Below, piece after piece: positions 21,627 through 33,396 of a stretch of 64,000 bases of DNA. The DNA comes from Cyanidioschyzon merolae. Its lineage: Eukaryota. The notes beneath the pieces were generated by a model. That model was not told the origin of the DNA, made no database searches, and worked only from the letters and a program-made list of their open reading frames with translations. The position numbers and the translations under genes were made by a program. Position 1 is the first letter of the stretch, and the number at the start of each line of letters is the position of its first letter. Where the stretch lies: NCBI GenBank assembly GCA_000091205.1, contig AP006502.2, one strand, 5' to 3'.

Positions 21627-24104
21627 ATGGACCGGAACGTTCAGGCTAGTTTCCAGTTGGATGATCTTTGGCTCACACTCCAGCCTGGAGGTGCCTCGGA
21701 ATCAGTCTTTCGACGTGTTGAGTTCGTTTTTCAGGCCGTTCTAGAGGGGCGGGAGAGTTTTCGCGGTGTTGGACTCCGCCTCCCTGAGCTTATAGACTGC
21801 ATATTCGGATTCCAGGACAGATCGCGGGGGTCTTGGAGTGAAACTGTGTCTGGTTGGCTCCCAGATTGTGAACGTCGCGCAGCACGTCCCGGGGACGCAG
21901 ACGCGCTTGTTTCGCTATTAGAGCCTCGCGGACCGCTCTTCCAGACACTGCTTTGTCACGACGAACGATACACCTATGATTTTCCGCTACAAAACTTGCC
22001 TCAGCCGCTTTTAGACGAAATCGCTGCGGTGCTCAGTGGCGAAGACGCGAATGTACGCGCTGCTGTGGCAGCGTCGCCACACCCAGATCGGAAACCCGAG
22101 AACCTCCCTACTGGAGAATACTCCCCGTTAGCCTACTATTTGTCAGCACACGTGACCGACCCCACTCACGATACCGTTCGAATTGGCGCTGCCCGATACT
22201 ACCTGCTCTGCTTCCTGGCCTATCCGGTGTATGCTCGCCATCCAACGGTCAATGAGCGCTTCACCTCGGCCTGGGACACCTCCGCTCGTCAGCACATATA
22301 CGAGCGCGTGCTGTTGGCCTTCCTCCAGGAATTCGCGTCACTGCAGCAGCTGCTTCATCAGCATGTATCATTTGAGCGTTCTGCCGCAACTACACTGTCT
22401 GTCGCTGACCTTTTCGTCCACGCATGGGTTGCGTTCTGGTTTCACTGGAATGGAGAGCTTTGGCCCTGGAATGGATGGCACGACGCAGTAGCCAATGACT
22501 GGGGCCAAATGCAGCTCGCTCGCTATCGCGAGCGACACAGCGTTCCATCGCTGCTGACCATGAAATGTCAACGCTTGGCGATGATGCACGTCATGGGGGT
22601 TTTCGAGACCCACGCTGATCAGGTCGAGCGATGGAGTGGATGCCAGCACATCATCAATCAAGATCGCGTGCCCGTGAGACATTCCGAACCATTTGCTGGA
22701 GAGTCTTCGGCATCGCGCGATACGGGCGTCCCGCGGAAAATCCCCTCCGCGGGAACACCATCGCTGCAAGTCTACTTGAATATTCCTCTCGGTTTGCAGC
22801 ATGTTGATGCGAGTTGGCGAGCGTGGCATCCAAACCAACTCGGCTCATCGGGGGCGGCGCAACGGACGAATCCACTCCTCCGTTTCCTTCTGATCGTGTT
22901 TTGCCGCTACTTTTGTCGCACAATACCTCGTATGCAGCAAATGTGCATTGATCTGGATGCGTCGACGAATGTGGCCTTTCTAAAGACCATTTCTGCGTGG
23001 CTTTTCCCCTGGGATCAGGCCACGGAGCTTTCAGCGCTTTTGGAAAAGGCACGGGATCAACGGGGACGTCGCGTTGCCCTGCTCCATGGTCTCGCACTAT
23101 TGCATACGCCTTTTGTGGAAGAACCGCGGAAATCGTCCCAATACAAAACGTCTTGCTGGCGACGTGTACTTGCCCTGCATTTTCCGCTCTACGTGCGGTT
23201 GCTTGTGGACATGCTCAACATTCTCGTCCGCTCGCGCTGTCTGCTGCAGAGCCCTGGTGCCCTTGAATTCTACCTGGATTTGCATCGCAGTGCGCAGTGT
23301 CGTGATTGGCTGGCTGATCTTCAGAAGATTGCGCATTCAACGCGAGCAGTCGAGTCTCGACAACAACCATGCATCGAAGCATGGTCGGAATTCCAACACT
23401 CCAGGTGTTCACCGAATCTGTCGGAACTGGCAGGTCTCGATTGTGATGCGTTTCGACAAACGCTGCGTGAGCTTCGGCTGCAGCTAGAGCGACGCTTGCA
23501 TTCCAGCTGGAACACCTCGGCGGTGTTCTTGAGTCGGTTAGCACGAGACCGAGCGGCGCATCTCGTTGAGCCGTGGATTCAACTCGTTGAACCTGCGGAA
23601 TTCCCTGGATCACCGAAGGCACGCGATCCATTGAGCAACGCATCCGTTCAGGCACTCGATGATACCGATTCTCTGGGTGTGATTCATCGGCGACTTCCAG
23701 CGTTATCGCCAGACCGTAGCGTAACGTCGCCAGGAGGTGCTCCACAACACTCAGCAGCGGCGGCGGGCGCGAGGGAGCCGACCACGCCCCCTTCCATGTC
23801 AACTTCGGCGTCAAGTCGGACAGACTCGGAAATGTTACCTCTTGGAGCTCAGATTGCGCTGGGTCGGAAAAAATGCTCTAACCTGGATATCGTGCCTCGT
23901 GGAGATGCATGGAGATGGCCAAAACAGAGCAATGAGTTCGGTCCAGCGCTTGTTCTGGCCCGGCGTCTCGCTCTAAAACTGGAGCAACTTACTGGAGTGT
24001 CGTGGAATCTGCGCTTTTTGGCATCGTATGTGGTGATCGGCTATCTTGCCGTGGGTTTGACACTCTCGCTACTCTGGTTGATGGTCGTTTCCGGAATTTT
24101 CTAG
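21627..24104 (+). CDS. SMPD4: Sphingomyelin phosphodiesterase 4 (neutral sphingomyelinase-3, SMPD4) homolog, tail-anchored.
   Basis: ATG at 21627. N-terminal blocks ELIDCIFGF...SGWL / LLEPRGPLFQTLL / YTYDFPLQNLPQPL parallel SMPD4 IFPWLVESIFG...VGWNL / FLDPGGPMMKLVY / YKFDFPVSYLPGPV. C-terminal NLRFLASYVVIGYLAVGLTLSLLWL parallels the SMPD4 [23 protein letters not shown] membrane anchor. Confidence 0.6.
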   Translation: MDRNVQASFQLDDLWLTLQPGGASESVFRRVEFVFQAVLEGRESFRGVGLRLPELIDCIFGFQDRSRGSWSETVSGWLPDCERRAARPGDADALVSLLEPRGPLFQTLLCHDERYTYDFPLQNLPQPLLDEIAAVLSGEDANVRAAVAASPHPDRKPENLPTGEYSPLAYYLSAHVTDPTHDTVRIGAARYYLLCFLAYPVYARHPTVNERFTSAWDTSARQHIYERVLLAFLQEFASLQQLLHQHVSFERSAATTLSVADLFVHAWVAFWFHWNGELWPWNGWHDAVANDWGQMQLARYRERHSVPSLLTMKCQRLAMMHVMGVFETHADQVERWSGCQHIINQDRVPVRHSEPFAGESSASRDTGVPRKIPSAGTPSLQVYLNIPLGLQHVDASWRAWHPNQLGSSGAAQRTNPLLRFLLIVFCRYFCRTIPRMQQMCIDLDASTNVAFLKTISAWLFPWDQATELSALLEKARDQRGRRVALLHGLALLHTPFVEEPRKSSQYKTSCWRRVLALHFPLYVRLLVDMLNILVRSRCLLQSPGALEFYLDLHRSAQCRDWLADLQKIAHSTRAVESRQQPCIEAWSEFQHSRCSPNLSELAGLDCDAFRQTLRELRLQLERRLHSSWNTSAVFLSRLARDRAAHLVEPWIQLVEPAEFPGSPKARDPLSNASVQALDDTDSLGVIHRRLPALSPDRSVTSPGGAPQHSAAAAGAREPTTPPSMSTSASSRTDSEMLPLGAQIALGRKKCSNLDIVPRGDAWRWPKQSNEFGPALVLARRLALKLEQLTGVSWNLRFLASYVVIGYLAVGLTLSLLWLMVVSGIF

Positions 24105-24559
24105 TTGCGGCAATGTTTCTTGAGCGTGGCGGGCTTTTGGCAATTTCCGGAATCAGGGATTCGCTTGTAAAAATAGAATGCCACATCTATTCGGGATATG
24201 TGTACATGTTCAGAGCATGCGCCTCACCCGTATTGAGATTGTCCATCGAGAACCTGGTGGGCGGTTTTGGAATCAGAAACCGCCCAGGTGTTTCCATAGC
24301 CCAGGATGACTGGATCGTCTCGCAGCGCTCCGGGATGAAAAGGATCGATGACCGTGAACAACTGCGTACCTTACTGGACTGTACCTGGCGCATGGCGCTC
24401 CTGGGAAGGCCCCTGCTTGCCCAAAGGCGACTGCTGATCAACCAGAGCATGCGGAAGCGCCGAATTCTTTTAAGGCGACGCTTCAACGATCCAACGATAC
24501 GGTTTTGCGCCCCCTACATCCATCGCAACATGAATTGGAACAGTTCCTACAACACGGGC

Positions 24560-24830
24560 GTATGAACTAAAGTTCAGGTCTCTTCCAAGTGTGATTGACA
24601 GCAGCCTTTTTGAGCTCTCTCTACGACGGCTTCCTCATCCCTTCGCCGTCTCCTTTCCGACCTCAAATACGCGGCTCTCTTCTCTCCCTGCACCTCTGCC
24701 CTTAGTAATCAAAGGATGTTGACGGCAGCGCTCAAGTCCCGATTTCGCCGCTTCCGGCTGTTGCCTGCGCATTGCAGGAATAGGTACAATTTGGAATCTA
24801 CGCATGACTTGCTATTTTCATCGTTCTTGT
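24560..24830 (-). mobile_element. Fanzor-remnant fragment, copy c5 (internally deleted), head-to-head with copy B.
   Basis: Plus-strand aaggatgttgacggcagcgctcaagtcccgatttcgc...cattgcaggaatagg aligns to c1 cccgatgttgatagcagcgttaaagtctcggttcgc...cattgcaaggattcc. The upstream tail is conserved with c1 and c6. Confidence 0.4.
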
Positions 24831-24989
24831 ATGTATTGTCGGTGCTCCTTTGGTAGCAGCGCTATTTTTGGTCGTAGACAGGTCATCCAGCATATCCATC
24901 ACACTTACTACTGCGAAAGTCGCCTTGTGGATCGTGAACACAATCCTCATCGCTCGGTTCATGCCCTTGACCGGTACAGAGAGCTCACT

Positions 24990-25830
24990 TTGATGGCCTC
25001 ATTCGTTTTTACATCCAGTGTGGTACTCTATGGTGACGGGCGTGTTGTGAGCCATTCCTTCGGCAAGTACTCAGTTGGCTGCACGTGCAAAGCACATGTT
25101 ATTCCATCCGATTGAGGATTCGTGGAATGCAATGCTGTCCACAATGAAACAAGTGCGGAAAGGAAAATATACCCTTGAGAAGAAGTCGAGAAATCTCGAT
25201 CCATCTCTGCAGCCTTCATACAAAGAGGTGATGCACGCTCCACTGGAAGCGATCACCGCGGGGATTGCATTGCGAATCAAAACCACTACTTTCGTACCAA
25301 GGAAAGAGACGAGAGCATCTGTGATCATATCTCGTGAGAGATACAATTCTGCTATCGAATGGCTTTTCGTGAATTACCGCAACGAGAGGAGTGCTTGTCT
25401 TTAGACCTGCGTTGAGTTTGTTGACCGGAGAAGATCCATGATCTCTAGGCATGGGCTTGTGAAGAACTCATCAAGAGACGACACTGAGGTTCGCTCCTCG
25501 TCAACCAATGGCGCGAATCGCTGCGCCCAGATGTGACAGTGAAACGGAAAGATCGAAAAATGGACGAGTTCGGGATTGGAGCACCCCACACACGTACGGA
25601 AAGGACGTGCGTTGGGTCTTGCACGCACGAATTGGATAATCATATCGGTTATTTTACGTACCCTGGTTTGATTGCGTCGCGAATCATCCCGTTGCCAGTG
25701 GAGTAACGAATTCCAGCGGCACAGCGACGCAGGAACCACTAAGAAACGCCGGCCGAGAATCCTAAAATTACGTATGGATCCGAATTCTCGAATTGCTACG
25801 TTTCGAAGATCTTGGCTGTATACTTAAAAT
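24990..25830 (+). mobile_element. Degenerate Fanzor/TnpB-like element, copy B.
   Basis: 25075-25404 (+): LFHPIEDSWNAMLSTMKQV...LEKKSRN...ERYNSAIEWLF (RuvC-III remnant, compare RGFNAAINI). Tail 25480-25700 aligns to the c1 tail (cagatgtgacagtg; gcacgcacgaattgg). Extreme tail 25690-25830 matches 20580-20720. Confidence 0.45.
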
Positions 25831-26689
25831 CTCTGGAACAATCGAAAAGCATGAACAGAGCGAAGAGTCGAGTGTTTCATATCAATCTGACCGGGATATA
25901 GTTTTTAGCGCTAGTTTTAGGCCATTGTGGTTTCTTCAGCTTGCCGTGCATCGGCAGACATCACCTCTGCTCATTATCTCATTGATTGCTTACGCTTTAG
26001 CTCATAAGAATTACAAGCCCAAGCACATACCTACCCCGTCGAGTCGATGTTTGATGAAAGTGTTTCGCATACACGAGAGATGCTGCGAGATAAATGCGCA
26101 GGCGGGCGCTCTTTCGAAAGCCCTCGGGAAACGAGTGTTCCCTCACAGCCCACAAGTATCTCCTTGAATCCTCGTCTGACAGCATTATGCTTCCGAAATC
26201 GTCGACGCCTTCCAATATCTCCGGGTATTTGAGTCGATTTTCAGCACAGAGGTGTACCGCGAAATTGCTTCTCGCAACGTGACGTCTCGTATGCAATTCG
26301 TGGAAAAGCAGGGACGGTCTTCACCCCTGGCCTTGACGATCATCTACTCACGCTGTCAATCCAGCTCTGTTTCAAACTCGAGTTATGTCCCAAAATATGC
26401 AAACCCTACTCTGTTCGGTCGTCGCCTCCGTGCCCACATAGTTAGCGACGCTTCCGCATCGCTTGGGCATGCGGCTCCGCGGGAACGCGATCGATTTGAT
26501 TGGATCGCGCGCTGGCCCCATGGCCTGGGGTGCTCCCTGGGAATAAAACGATGCTGTATGCAGACTCGGAACCTCGATCGCAGACGGATAAAGTGACAAA
26601 TGCCCGCGTAGGATCAACACGTTAGTACGTTCTTTAACATCCCGTAGCGCGTTTCGTTGCTCGGTTTTTTATTCTTGACTCGCGTGAGC

Positions 26690-27394
26690 ATGGCGACGAC
26701 CGAGGACGAAGCGCGAACGCTTTTGGAACGTTTTCGCACGCACCTTGAAACGTTAAAGAGGGCTTCGCTTCGGGATGCCGTAGAACAGGCACCGGAAAAC
26801 TGTCAAGATAGTTCTCGGAAGGACGTTTCGCGTGATGGCGTCGAGTCGATACCAGCGGTTGCACAGTGGCCTGACGGTGTAAAGTGCGCGCACGAGCTGC
26901 ACATGCTTGCCGTATTGCACCAGCAGCTTGCGGAACACTTCTACTCGAGCCTGAGTCGTCTTAGGGATACTCTAGGCAGAGTTGAGCTGCTCCAGCTTGA
27001 GCGATCCGCACTTGAGTACCAAATAGAGCGCTTCAGGGAGCGGCGGCTGTATGTGGAGAGCCAACGCGCGGCCGCGAAAACCATCCAGATCTTAGGCGGC
27101 AGCGGGGCGAAGCCGGAAAACGCAGCTGTTCTGAAAGAGGAGTTGCAAGCGGAGCTAGCGTCTCGTGAAAAACTGGCGGCCGAGCTCGCGGAGCTTGGTC
27201 TACAGATCGAAGAAGCGAGGAGGCGCCAGATAACTGACGAGCAGCGGATCCAGGCCTGTGTCCCTGCCCATGCGGAACTCGAACGTCTCGTGCAAGCTCT
27301 TTGCAGAAGCCTAACTGCTGAGCATTCCGATGAGGTGGCTGAAATTTCCACTGGAATGGAGCTTGGTTGTGCGAACGAGAAGTCTCAAGGCTAG
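26690..27394 (+). CDS. Hypothetical coiled-coil protein.
   Basis: The track ORF starts on TTG at 26657. The first ATG is at 26690 (MATTEDEARTLLERF...). Heptad-like E/L/R-rich sequence continues to the end. Confidence 0.3.
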   Translation: MATTEDEARTLLERFRTHLETLKRASLRDAVEQAPENCQDSSRKDVSRDGVESIPAVAQWPDGVKCAHELHMLAVLHQQLAEHFYSSLSRLRDTLGRVELLQLERSALEYQIERFRERRLYVESQRAAAKTIQILGGSGAKPENAAVLKEELQAELASREKLAAELAELGLQIEEARRRQITDEQRIQACVPAHAELERLVQALCRSLTAEHSDEVAEISTGMELGCANEKSQG

Positions 27395-28329
27395 ATTCCG
27401 GAACCTGCCGGGGATAGACGGCTTACCCTACTGGACATGCGCTGTCAGTGTGGGTCGGGATTTGCGGCTGCGATGACCTGCAACTGCTGGAGGGTGCATT
27501 TCGACCATGCACGGTCCAAACACAATCGTATTCAGCGGGGCTCTGGATAGCAAACAGTGCCTCGCAAGCAACAGACGTTGTTGGTTCGGGGACGACTCTA
27601 AAGGACCGCTGGCATCTAGACATTGCTGGAATGGACAGGCCCAGCAGTTTTGCTCCGCGTGGCACCAAGCTAATCCTAGCAGCACGTAAGCTTGTGCTCG
27701 AGTCATTTTGGGAGCTTTGACGTGGCAGGACTTGGGAACTCGGCGACGCAGCGTGTTTCGGACTGGGCTCCTGGGCGTCGCCACCGGGAAGCACACAGGC
27801 ACTGCAATCAGAACTTGTGCCGCTTAGCACTGAAGCGATTATTTGTGCGATCAGGGTAGACGCGGTCGCGGGCCCCATACTGCATACGCCAAAGATACAA
27901 GGCCAATCATCGATGTTGAACTCGATGATGAAGCATGCATCTATGCGTATCGAGACACGATGTGCATGCGCCTTTAGCAGCTGCAGACAGCACGCGCTCG
28001 CGATGCGTGCGACGAACATGCGTGCACGCCTCGGAGACACGTGTCCTTCATCTGGAGGTGCCGACGCCGTGCAGCATCACCAGAGCACGTGCCTATGTTG
28101 CGCACCGTTGTCGATGCAAGTGTCGATTGGCGAACAGTACTAGTTGGCCGCGGCTTTGGGAGCAAGCCATTAGGGCGAATGGCACACCCTGAGCGCTCGC
28201 GGCCAAAGCTTTTGGCGGGCTTTAGAACGGAACAAAATGACTGGGACAGAAGCGAAAACCCCGGTGACGGTTTGCATGTCATAGTATACGTGCAGGTGCG
28301 TTGAAACTTAAAAGCTTGCGATAACTCCT

Positions 28330-28698
28330 TTAACTTGGAGTAACCGCCGAATTCTCTTGCATATAGCGTTCGATTTCCATATCGAGTTCCGCTGTTGATT
28401 TGGTGGTTTTCGCTTCTTTCTGTTGACGTTTTCGACCTTTGCGCTCGGAGCGCGGAGTCCCATCCTTGCCGCGCCGTGGTTTCTTTTCTTTCTGAACTTT
28501 TCGTGGCTTTTCGATGACATGGCTTTGGACACCAGCCTTCGACTTGGTCGGACGACGCTTTTTCTTTGCCTTTCTCTTGGAGTCAGCGCTCTGAGAAAAG
28601 CGCTCGTTCAAGCTTGGCGTTACTTTTGCGGGCTGCCTCGGGGATACCGCCCCACTCTTGTTACCCTCCAAAGCGAATTCTGTTCCACGTAAAGGCAT
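28330..28698 (-). CDS. Small Lys/Arg-rich ORF with an Aly/REF-type UAP56-binding-like C-terminal motif (ELDMEIERYM). Tentative.
   Basis: This is the 3' third of track ORF 28330-29124. The 5' two-thirds overlaps MAK16 in antisense and is discounted. An internal ATG (MPLRG...) gives 122 aa, with a KRKAKKKRRPTKSK basic run and a terminal LDxxIxxYM motif. Confidence 0.2.
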   Translation of the reverse strand: MPLRGTEFALEGNKSGAVSPRQPAKVTPSLNERFSQSADSKRKAKKKRRPTKSKAGVQSHVIEKPRKVQKEKKPRRGKDGTPRSERKGRKRQQKEAKTTKSTAELDMEIERYMQENSAVTPS

Positions 28699-28899
28699 GA
28701 CACTCGACCTGAATCCAGCTTCTGCGTTTCCTCCACAGTCGCTCGACTGCTGCCTGTTGAACGCGTCCACAGAGACCTGTCGTTGCAAGTCGCGCGCAGC
28801 ACTCGTAGGCAGTGCAAGCATCTTGCGCGTATCGACGACGACGTGCTTGCGAGCGCTTCCTCGTGTCCAGGTGCGGTCGTTGTGTTGAACGTTGCCGTC

Positions 28900-29946
28900 A
28901 TGCAGAACGATGACGTTATCTGGTCGCTCATTGGTAATAAGAGGTTTTGTCGCTACAAGGTGAAAACGAGGAGACAACAAGAGAACTTCTGCCTGAACGA
29001 GTATAACGTCACCGGCATGTGCAGCCGGCAGTCCTGCCCTTTGGCGAACTCGCGGTACGCCACTATTCGGGAAGCCGCCGACGGCAGACTCTATCTTTTC
29101 ATCAAGACGATCGAGCGGGCGCACATGCCTCGTAAGCTTTGGCAGAAGATTCGTCTATCTGGATCGTATACGAAAGCACTTTCCCAGATAGACGAGCACC
29201 TAGCGATGTGGCCCAAGTTTCTTGTTCATCGTGCGAAACAGCGACTCACGAAGCTCACACAGTATCTCATCCGAAAACAGCGTCTAGAATCCGTAGAGAA
29301 AACACAACTGTTGCCCGTGAAAAAGAAGGTTGAGCGGAGAGAGCGGAAACAAGAGCAGCGCGCTCTTGACGCCGCCAAGCTGAGCCTCACGATAGAGAAC
29401 GAGCTGTTGGCGCGGCTCAAACAGGGCAAGTACGGAGAGATCTTTAACTTTGCACAAAAGGAATTTGAGCACGTCATGGAACAAGAGGCGGAGCCGCTGG
29501 AGCTTGAGCGAGATCTCGACCGTAGCTACTTTGAGCCGCTGTACGAGTCCAGCGATGAGGAGGCGGTGTTCGGTGCAGGCGACGACAGCGACGTGCCGGG
29601 CACCTACGCAAACGCAGCCCCGCCAGACGATGAAGAAGCTTCATGGTCTGATGGTTCCGCAATGGATGACGTTCCCTCTGATTCAGCTGACGAAGACTGG
29701 AGCCCAGCTCCCGATCTGGAAGACCTGCCTCATCCAGCAGATCGAAACGCCTCGACCTTCTACTTCGATGAGGCCTCTGACTCCACAGAAGCTGATGAGC
29801 GATTACCGACAAGACCAACGCCGGTTCAGCGTGCTCGTGTCGCTCAGGAAGCGAGCCGACGAAGAAAGACGAAAGCATCATCGTCTAGGCACCGGAAGCA
29901 ATTCGAGACCGAATTCGAATTTGAGCGAGAACTCGAGCCTCTCTGA
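28900..29946 (+). CDS. MAK16: MAK16 ribosome-biogenesis protein (Mak16/RPL28e-like N-domain plus acidic C-terminal tail).
   Basis: The track ORF starts on TTG at 28783. The first ATG is at 28900, giving MQNDDVIWSLIGNKRFCRYKVKTRRQQENFCLNEYNVTGMCSRQSCPLANSRYATI..., the canonical Mak16 N-terminus with its Cys cluster. The D/E/S-rich tail is typical. Confidence 0.75.
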   Translation: MQNDDVIWSLIGNKRFCRYKVKTRRQQENFCLNEYNVTGMCSRQSCPLANSRYATIREAADGRLYLFIKTIERAHMPRKLWQKIRLSGSYTKALSQIDEHLAMWPKFLVHRAKQRLTKLTQYLIRKQRLESVEKTQLLPVKKKVERRERKQEQRALDAAKLSLTIENELLARLKQGKYGEIFNFAQKEFEHVMEQEAEPLELERDLDRSYFEPLYESSDEEAVFGAGDDSDVPGTYANAAPPDDEEASWSDGSAMDDVPSDSADEDWSPAPDLEDLPHPADRNASTFYFDEASDSTEADERLPTRPTPVQRARVAQEASRRRKTKASSSRHRKQFETEFEFERELEPL

Positions 29947-30866
29947 AGAACGCACGCTAAAACATGCAGTGCTATCAAAAGTATACAGCGCTCGTCTATT
30001 CCAAAGCTATGGAAAAGCAAGCGTTGGTTTTGAATCGCGTGCTGCACAGATCCACCGCAGTCAGAAGGTTCCCGCTAAAAGGAAGCAAAATAACGCGATC
30101 GACAAGGCGATGGACTCAAATCTATCCACGACAACATATGCTTTGGGGGATACTTTGGGAAACTGCCCGACTTGCACCACAGCAACAATGCGTCTGCAAG
30201 GTTCTGCGTCACTCGAACTGCAGACGTCCATTGGTGCTTTGAACGAAGGCGCCGCATCGACGCTAACGCGCCCTCATACAATCCGCAAGAACACGTGCCG
30301 AACGTCTTGGAAAGCACGTGAGACACCAGAACGCGACCATGGTGGCGCTGCACAGGTCGCTATCCGGCGCTAGACGTGAAACCACACCGCATGCAGCGCG
30401 TGGACGAGGCGGGGCCGCACAACGCTCGTCCCTAAAACCGGCTACAGACTTTCCACGTATGACTTGCAGCACATCAAGACTCAAGGAATCAAGTTTTTCA
30501 CATTTTAGAGGGCGCTGAAAACACAGCGGATGTCCCTATGAACTTGCACGAGCTGGCGTGCAGGCACGCAACGAACGTCGTGCATGCACCAAAGCACCCT
30601 CTACTCCAAAAGCGCTCACCGTCTACACGCTCTCATAACTGACCCGACACGCTTCTCCTTCCCGGTGTGGTCAACAGCATCACTCGAGGATGAATGGAAA
30701 GAAAGCGTTCGATCCCAGGAAAAAGGCGCCGTTTTGCCACGAAGCTGCCGCAGCGACCCAGCATGCCATCATTTGACCGATTTTTCCCTCAACGACGGCG
30801 TTGTGGCGCTATTCGCGCGCGAAAACTTTCTGACCCATAGGCTTTGTCATGCGTGCCTCGGTCTGA

Positions 30867-32132
30867 ATGAGTACTTTGGAAAAGTTTCTCGCTGAGCTTG
30901 ATAAAATTTCAGGAACTGCACAGAATTCAATCGTTCCAGATTTTCTCGCTGGTCCAGGACAAGTCGCGCTTGAGAGCGCGCCGGCGCCGCCAGACTCGTC
31001 GTCGTTTGGAGCTGCGCCAGCGCCTGCACCCGAGGCGCCTCTTGGCAGGAACGCGACCTCCGTACGAACAGGTGCTCGAGAACTGGAGCGGTCACTGCTT
31101 CAGTCCGCAGAAAAAACGGAAACTGGTGTGTCTCTCTCGTCGTCCAGCGCTTGCGGTGAGCCGAGTTCGCGCGACGAGGTAGCGCAGGCGTTGCGCGCCC
31201 TTGTGGAACGCCTTCGCCTGAGCGGTACGCTTTCAGAACCGCCGGACAACGGCATCCTGAAGACCCGCACAGCCTCAATAGCACCTACGCAACGAGAGCA
31301 GGTATCCCCTGGAGACAGCGCAGGTGCTGCATCAAGCGCACCGGCGTATATCGCTAGCAACGAGGCTGGGACTTGTCCAAACGATGCGACAACGACGGAG
31401 CAGGACGCGCTGGCTCTTCAGCTTGCAGCTGTACAGCACCAGGCAACGCTTCTGCACAGGGAGTGCGCTTGGGTTCAGCGTTTATGTGACGACCTGAGTC
31501 GGGAGCTATCGGAAGAGCGGCAGCGCCGACTTGTTGCCGAAGAGCGAGCACGTCAGCTTGCCGAACAGCTTGAGGAGCTCTACGACGAAAGCGTTCGACA
31601 AGCCCGTTCACTACGGCTGCAATTCGAGGACGCCCTTGAACAAGAGCGGGAAACCATCCGCACACTCGAGGCTGAACTCGCGGATCACCGGCGACTCGCG
31701 GAGAACGTTGGCGACACCGGGGAGCGCCTCGACCATACGCGGACACAGCCCAGTTCCCGGACCAGCACAGGTGTTGATGCAAGCTCCGTGGCGGCACCAG
31801 AGAAGACAACGGTGATCGTCGCAGAAAAACTCTGCCAAACAGAGCCTGTATGGAAGATGGATGCTGCATGTATGACGGATGAAGCGCAGGCCGAGCTCGC
31901 CGGTAAAGCGATGGCCGTCGACCGACCGCCGTTGAAAGAAGCTTACTATCGGACACAATTGTCGGAACGCTCGGAAGCTGAAAATCCCGCGCAAGAAGAC
32001 GGTCAATCGCTTCGTCAAGCCAACCTCTACGTCGAGTTGTACGAGGCGCTGAAGCAACGCGATTTGTGGATGCGCGAGGCGCAGGCACTGGCTCGCAGCT
32101 TGCGGTTCCTCCGTCAGGCGTTCCACTATTGA
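30867..32132 (+). CDS. Hypothetical coiled-coil protein (421 aa).
   Basis: ATG at 30867. Long heptad-like E/R/L/Q stretch (LHRECAWVQRLCDDLSRELSEERQRRLVAEERARQLAEQLEELYDE...). Confidence 0.35.
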   Translation: MSTLEKFLAELDKISGTAQNSIVPDFLAGPGQVALESAPAPPDSSSFGAAPAPAPEAPLGRNATSVRTGARELERSLLQSAEKTETGVSLSSSSACGEPSSRDEVAQALRALVERLRLSGTLSEPPDNGILKTRTASIAPTQREQVSPGDSAGAASSAPAYIASNEAGTCPNDATTTEQDALALQLAAVQHQATLLHRECAWVQRLCDDLSRELSEERQRRLVAEERARQLAEQLEELYDESVRQARSLRLQFEDALEQERETIRTLEAELADHRRLAENVGDTGERLDHTRTQPSSRTSTGVDASSVAAPEKTTVIVAEKLCQTEPVWKMDAACMTDEAQAELAGKAMAVDRPPLKEAYYRTQLSERSEAENPAQEDGQSLRQANLYVELYEALKQRDLWMREAQALARSLRFLRQAFHY

Positions 32133-33396
32133 CAAAGAGACACGCTACCAGCGTTTGGTGGTCATGGTGATGGTGGTAGTTATGGCGGCAGTGTCATATC
32201 GATGCTGTCGCTCCAACGACTGCTGCTGTTCCAGGAGCACCGTGATACGGTGCTTCTCGACGAGATATGGTACGAACACCGCATCACCGACGGATGTGCG
32301 CTGACGAGGTACTGCTTTTCCATGGGATCTAGCTCAAACGCCGTTTTCTCAACGGATGATGCTCGTCTCTGGTGGAATCGTCAACGCTGGAGCGATGACG
32401 CTACTTGTGTTGCTCCATCGGTGATGCCCGGGAAGTTTTCGACGCTGACCTATCGATTCATTTGTGCACTGAGTGCTCGTTATTCGGCCAGGTGATGACT
32501 GTATTAGCTGTATCTGATGGGGCAATGACCAACTCCTCTGTGAAGACACCGAGAGAATCCCACCCATTGAAGCTGATGGCCGTTGCGGCATTCGGGTTGC
32601 CTCTGAGGCCGTGGACGAGTGCGTCATATCAGCGATTTGTCGCAGAACTTTCCGTTTGCAGAGACGGAGTGATTTATTGGATGGAGGCGGGCTTTAAAAG
32701 GCATGAAGCGACGCGATGGAACTCGTTTCCACGATGATATACGCGATCCTGGCATCGTCGCTCGGTCTCTTTCGATGTAGCATGCGTTCACGACGGTTCC
32801 GAGTTGCCGCCAGCTACAATGCAGTACGCAGCGGGTTTGGATGACGCTGCTTTCTGTGCTGGGCGCTCAGTCCGGCGCAAATCGTTTGCTGTGCAAAATC
32901 AGTAATTTTATCGATTAGGGCGCTTTGGATGCGCGGGTTCTCGTTGTCGCATCAGCCATTCCAGCCGCCGATCATCCGGGTAGCCTCTAATCCCCGTATT
33001 CGATCCTGTAGAGACCCTGAATCGACAGCGATGCACCCACGGGGACACTAGTCCCCATCGAGACCGAGTCTTTCGTGCTGTAGGAGCGCCTGTGTACGAG
33101 TCATTGCCACGCGTTTCTGCATGCCGAACGATAATGCCCCTCATGGGCTCCGAACAAGAGCATCACGACGAATGGGTAGAGCGGTCATGATCAAGAAAAA
33201 TTCTGAGCGCGAGGCCTGCTCAGCAAGATAGCGAAGATACGCTGTACATCTGCGCAGCGTCGTTTCCTATCTCGCAGGCAGATGCCGCCATACCGAAGCA
33301 CTTTGCCTGGGCGAGAATAGGCATTTAACCTGTCGTAATGAGCGTTTGCTCTGGTGCCTTCCGACGACGTCATACCTACTGATTGCTCTGTAGCAT

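Noticed and set aside
28699-29124. The 5' two-thirds of minus-strand ORF 28330-29124.
   Set aside because: It overlaps MAK16 in antisense and its first ATG is far downstream. Only the intergenic 3' part was kept as a tentative small gene.
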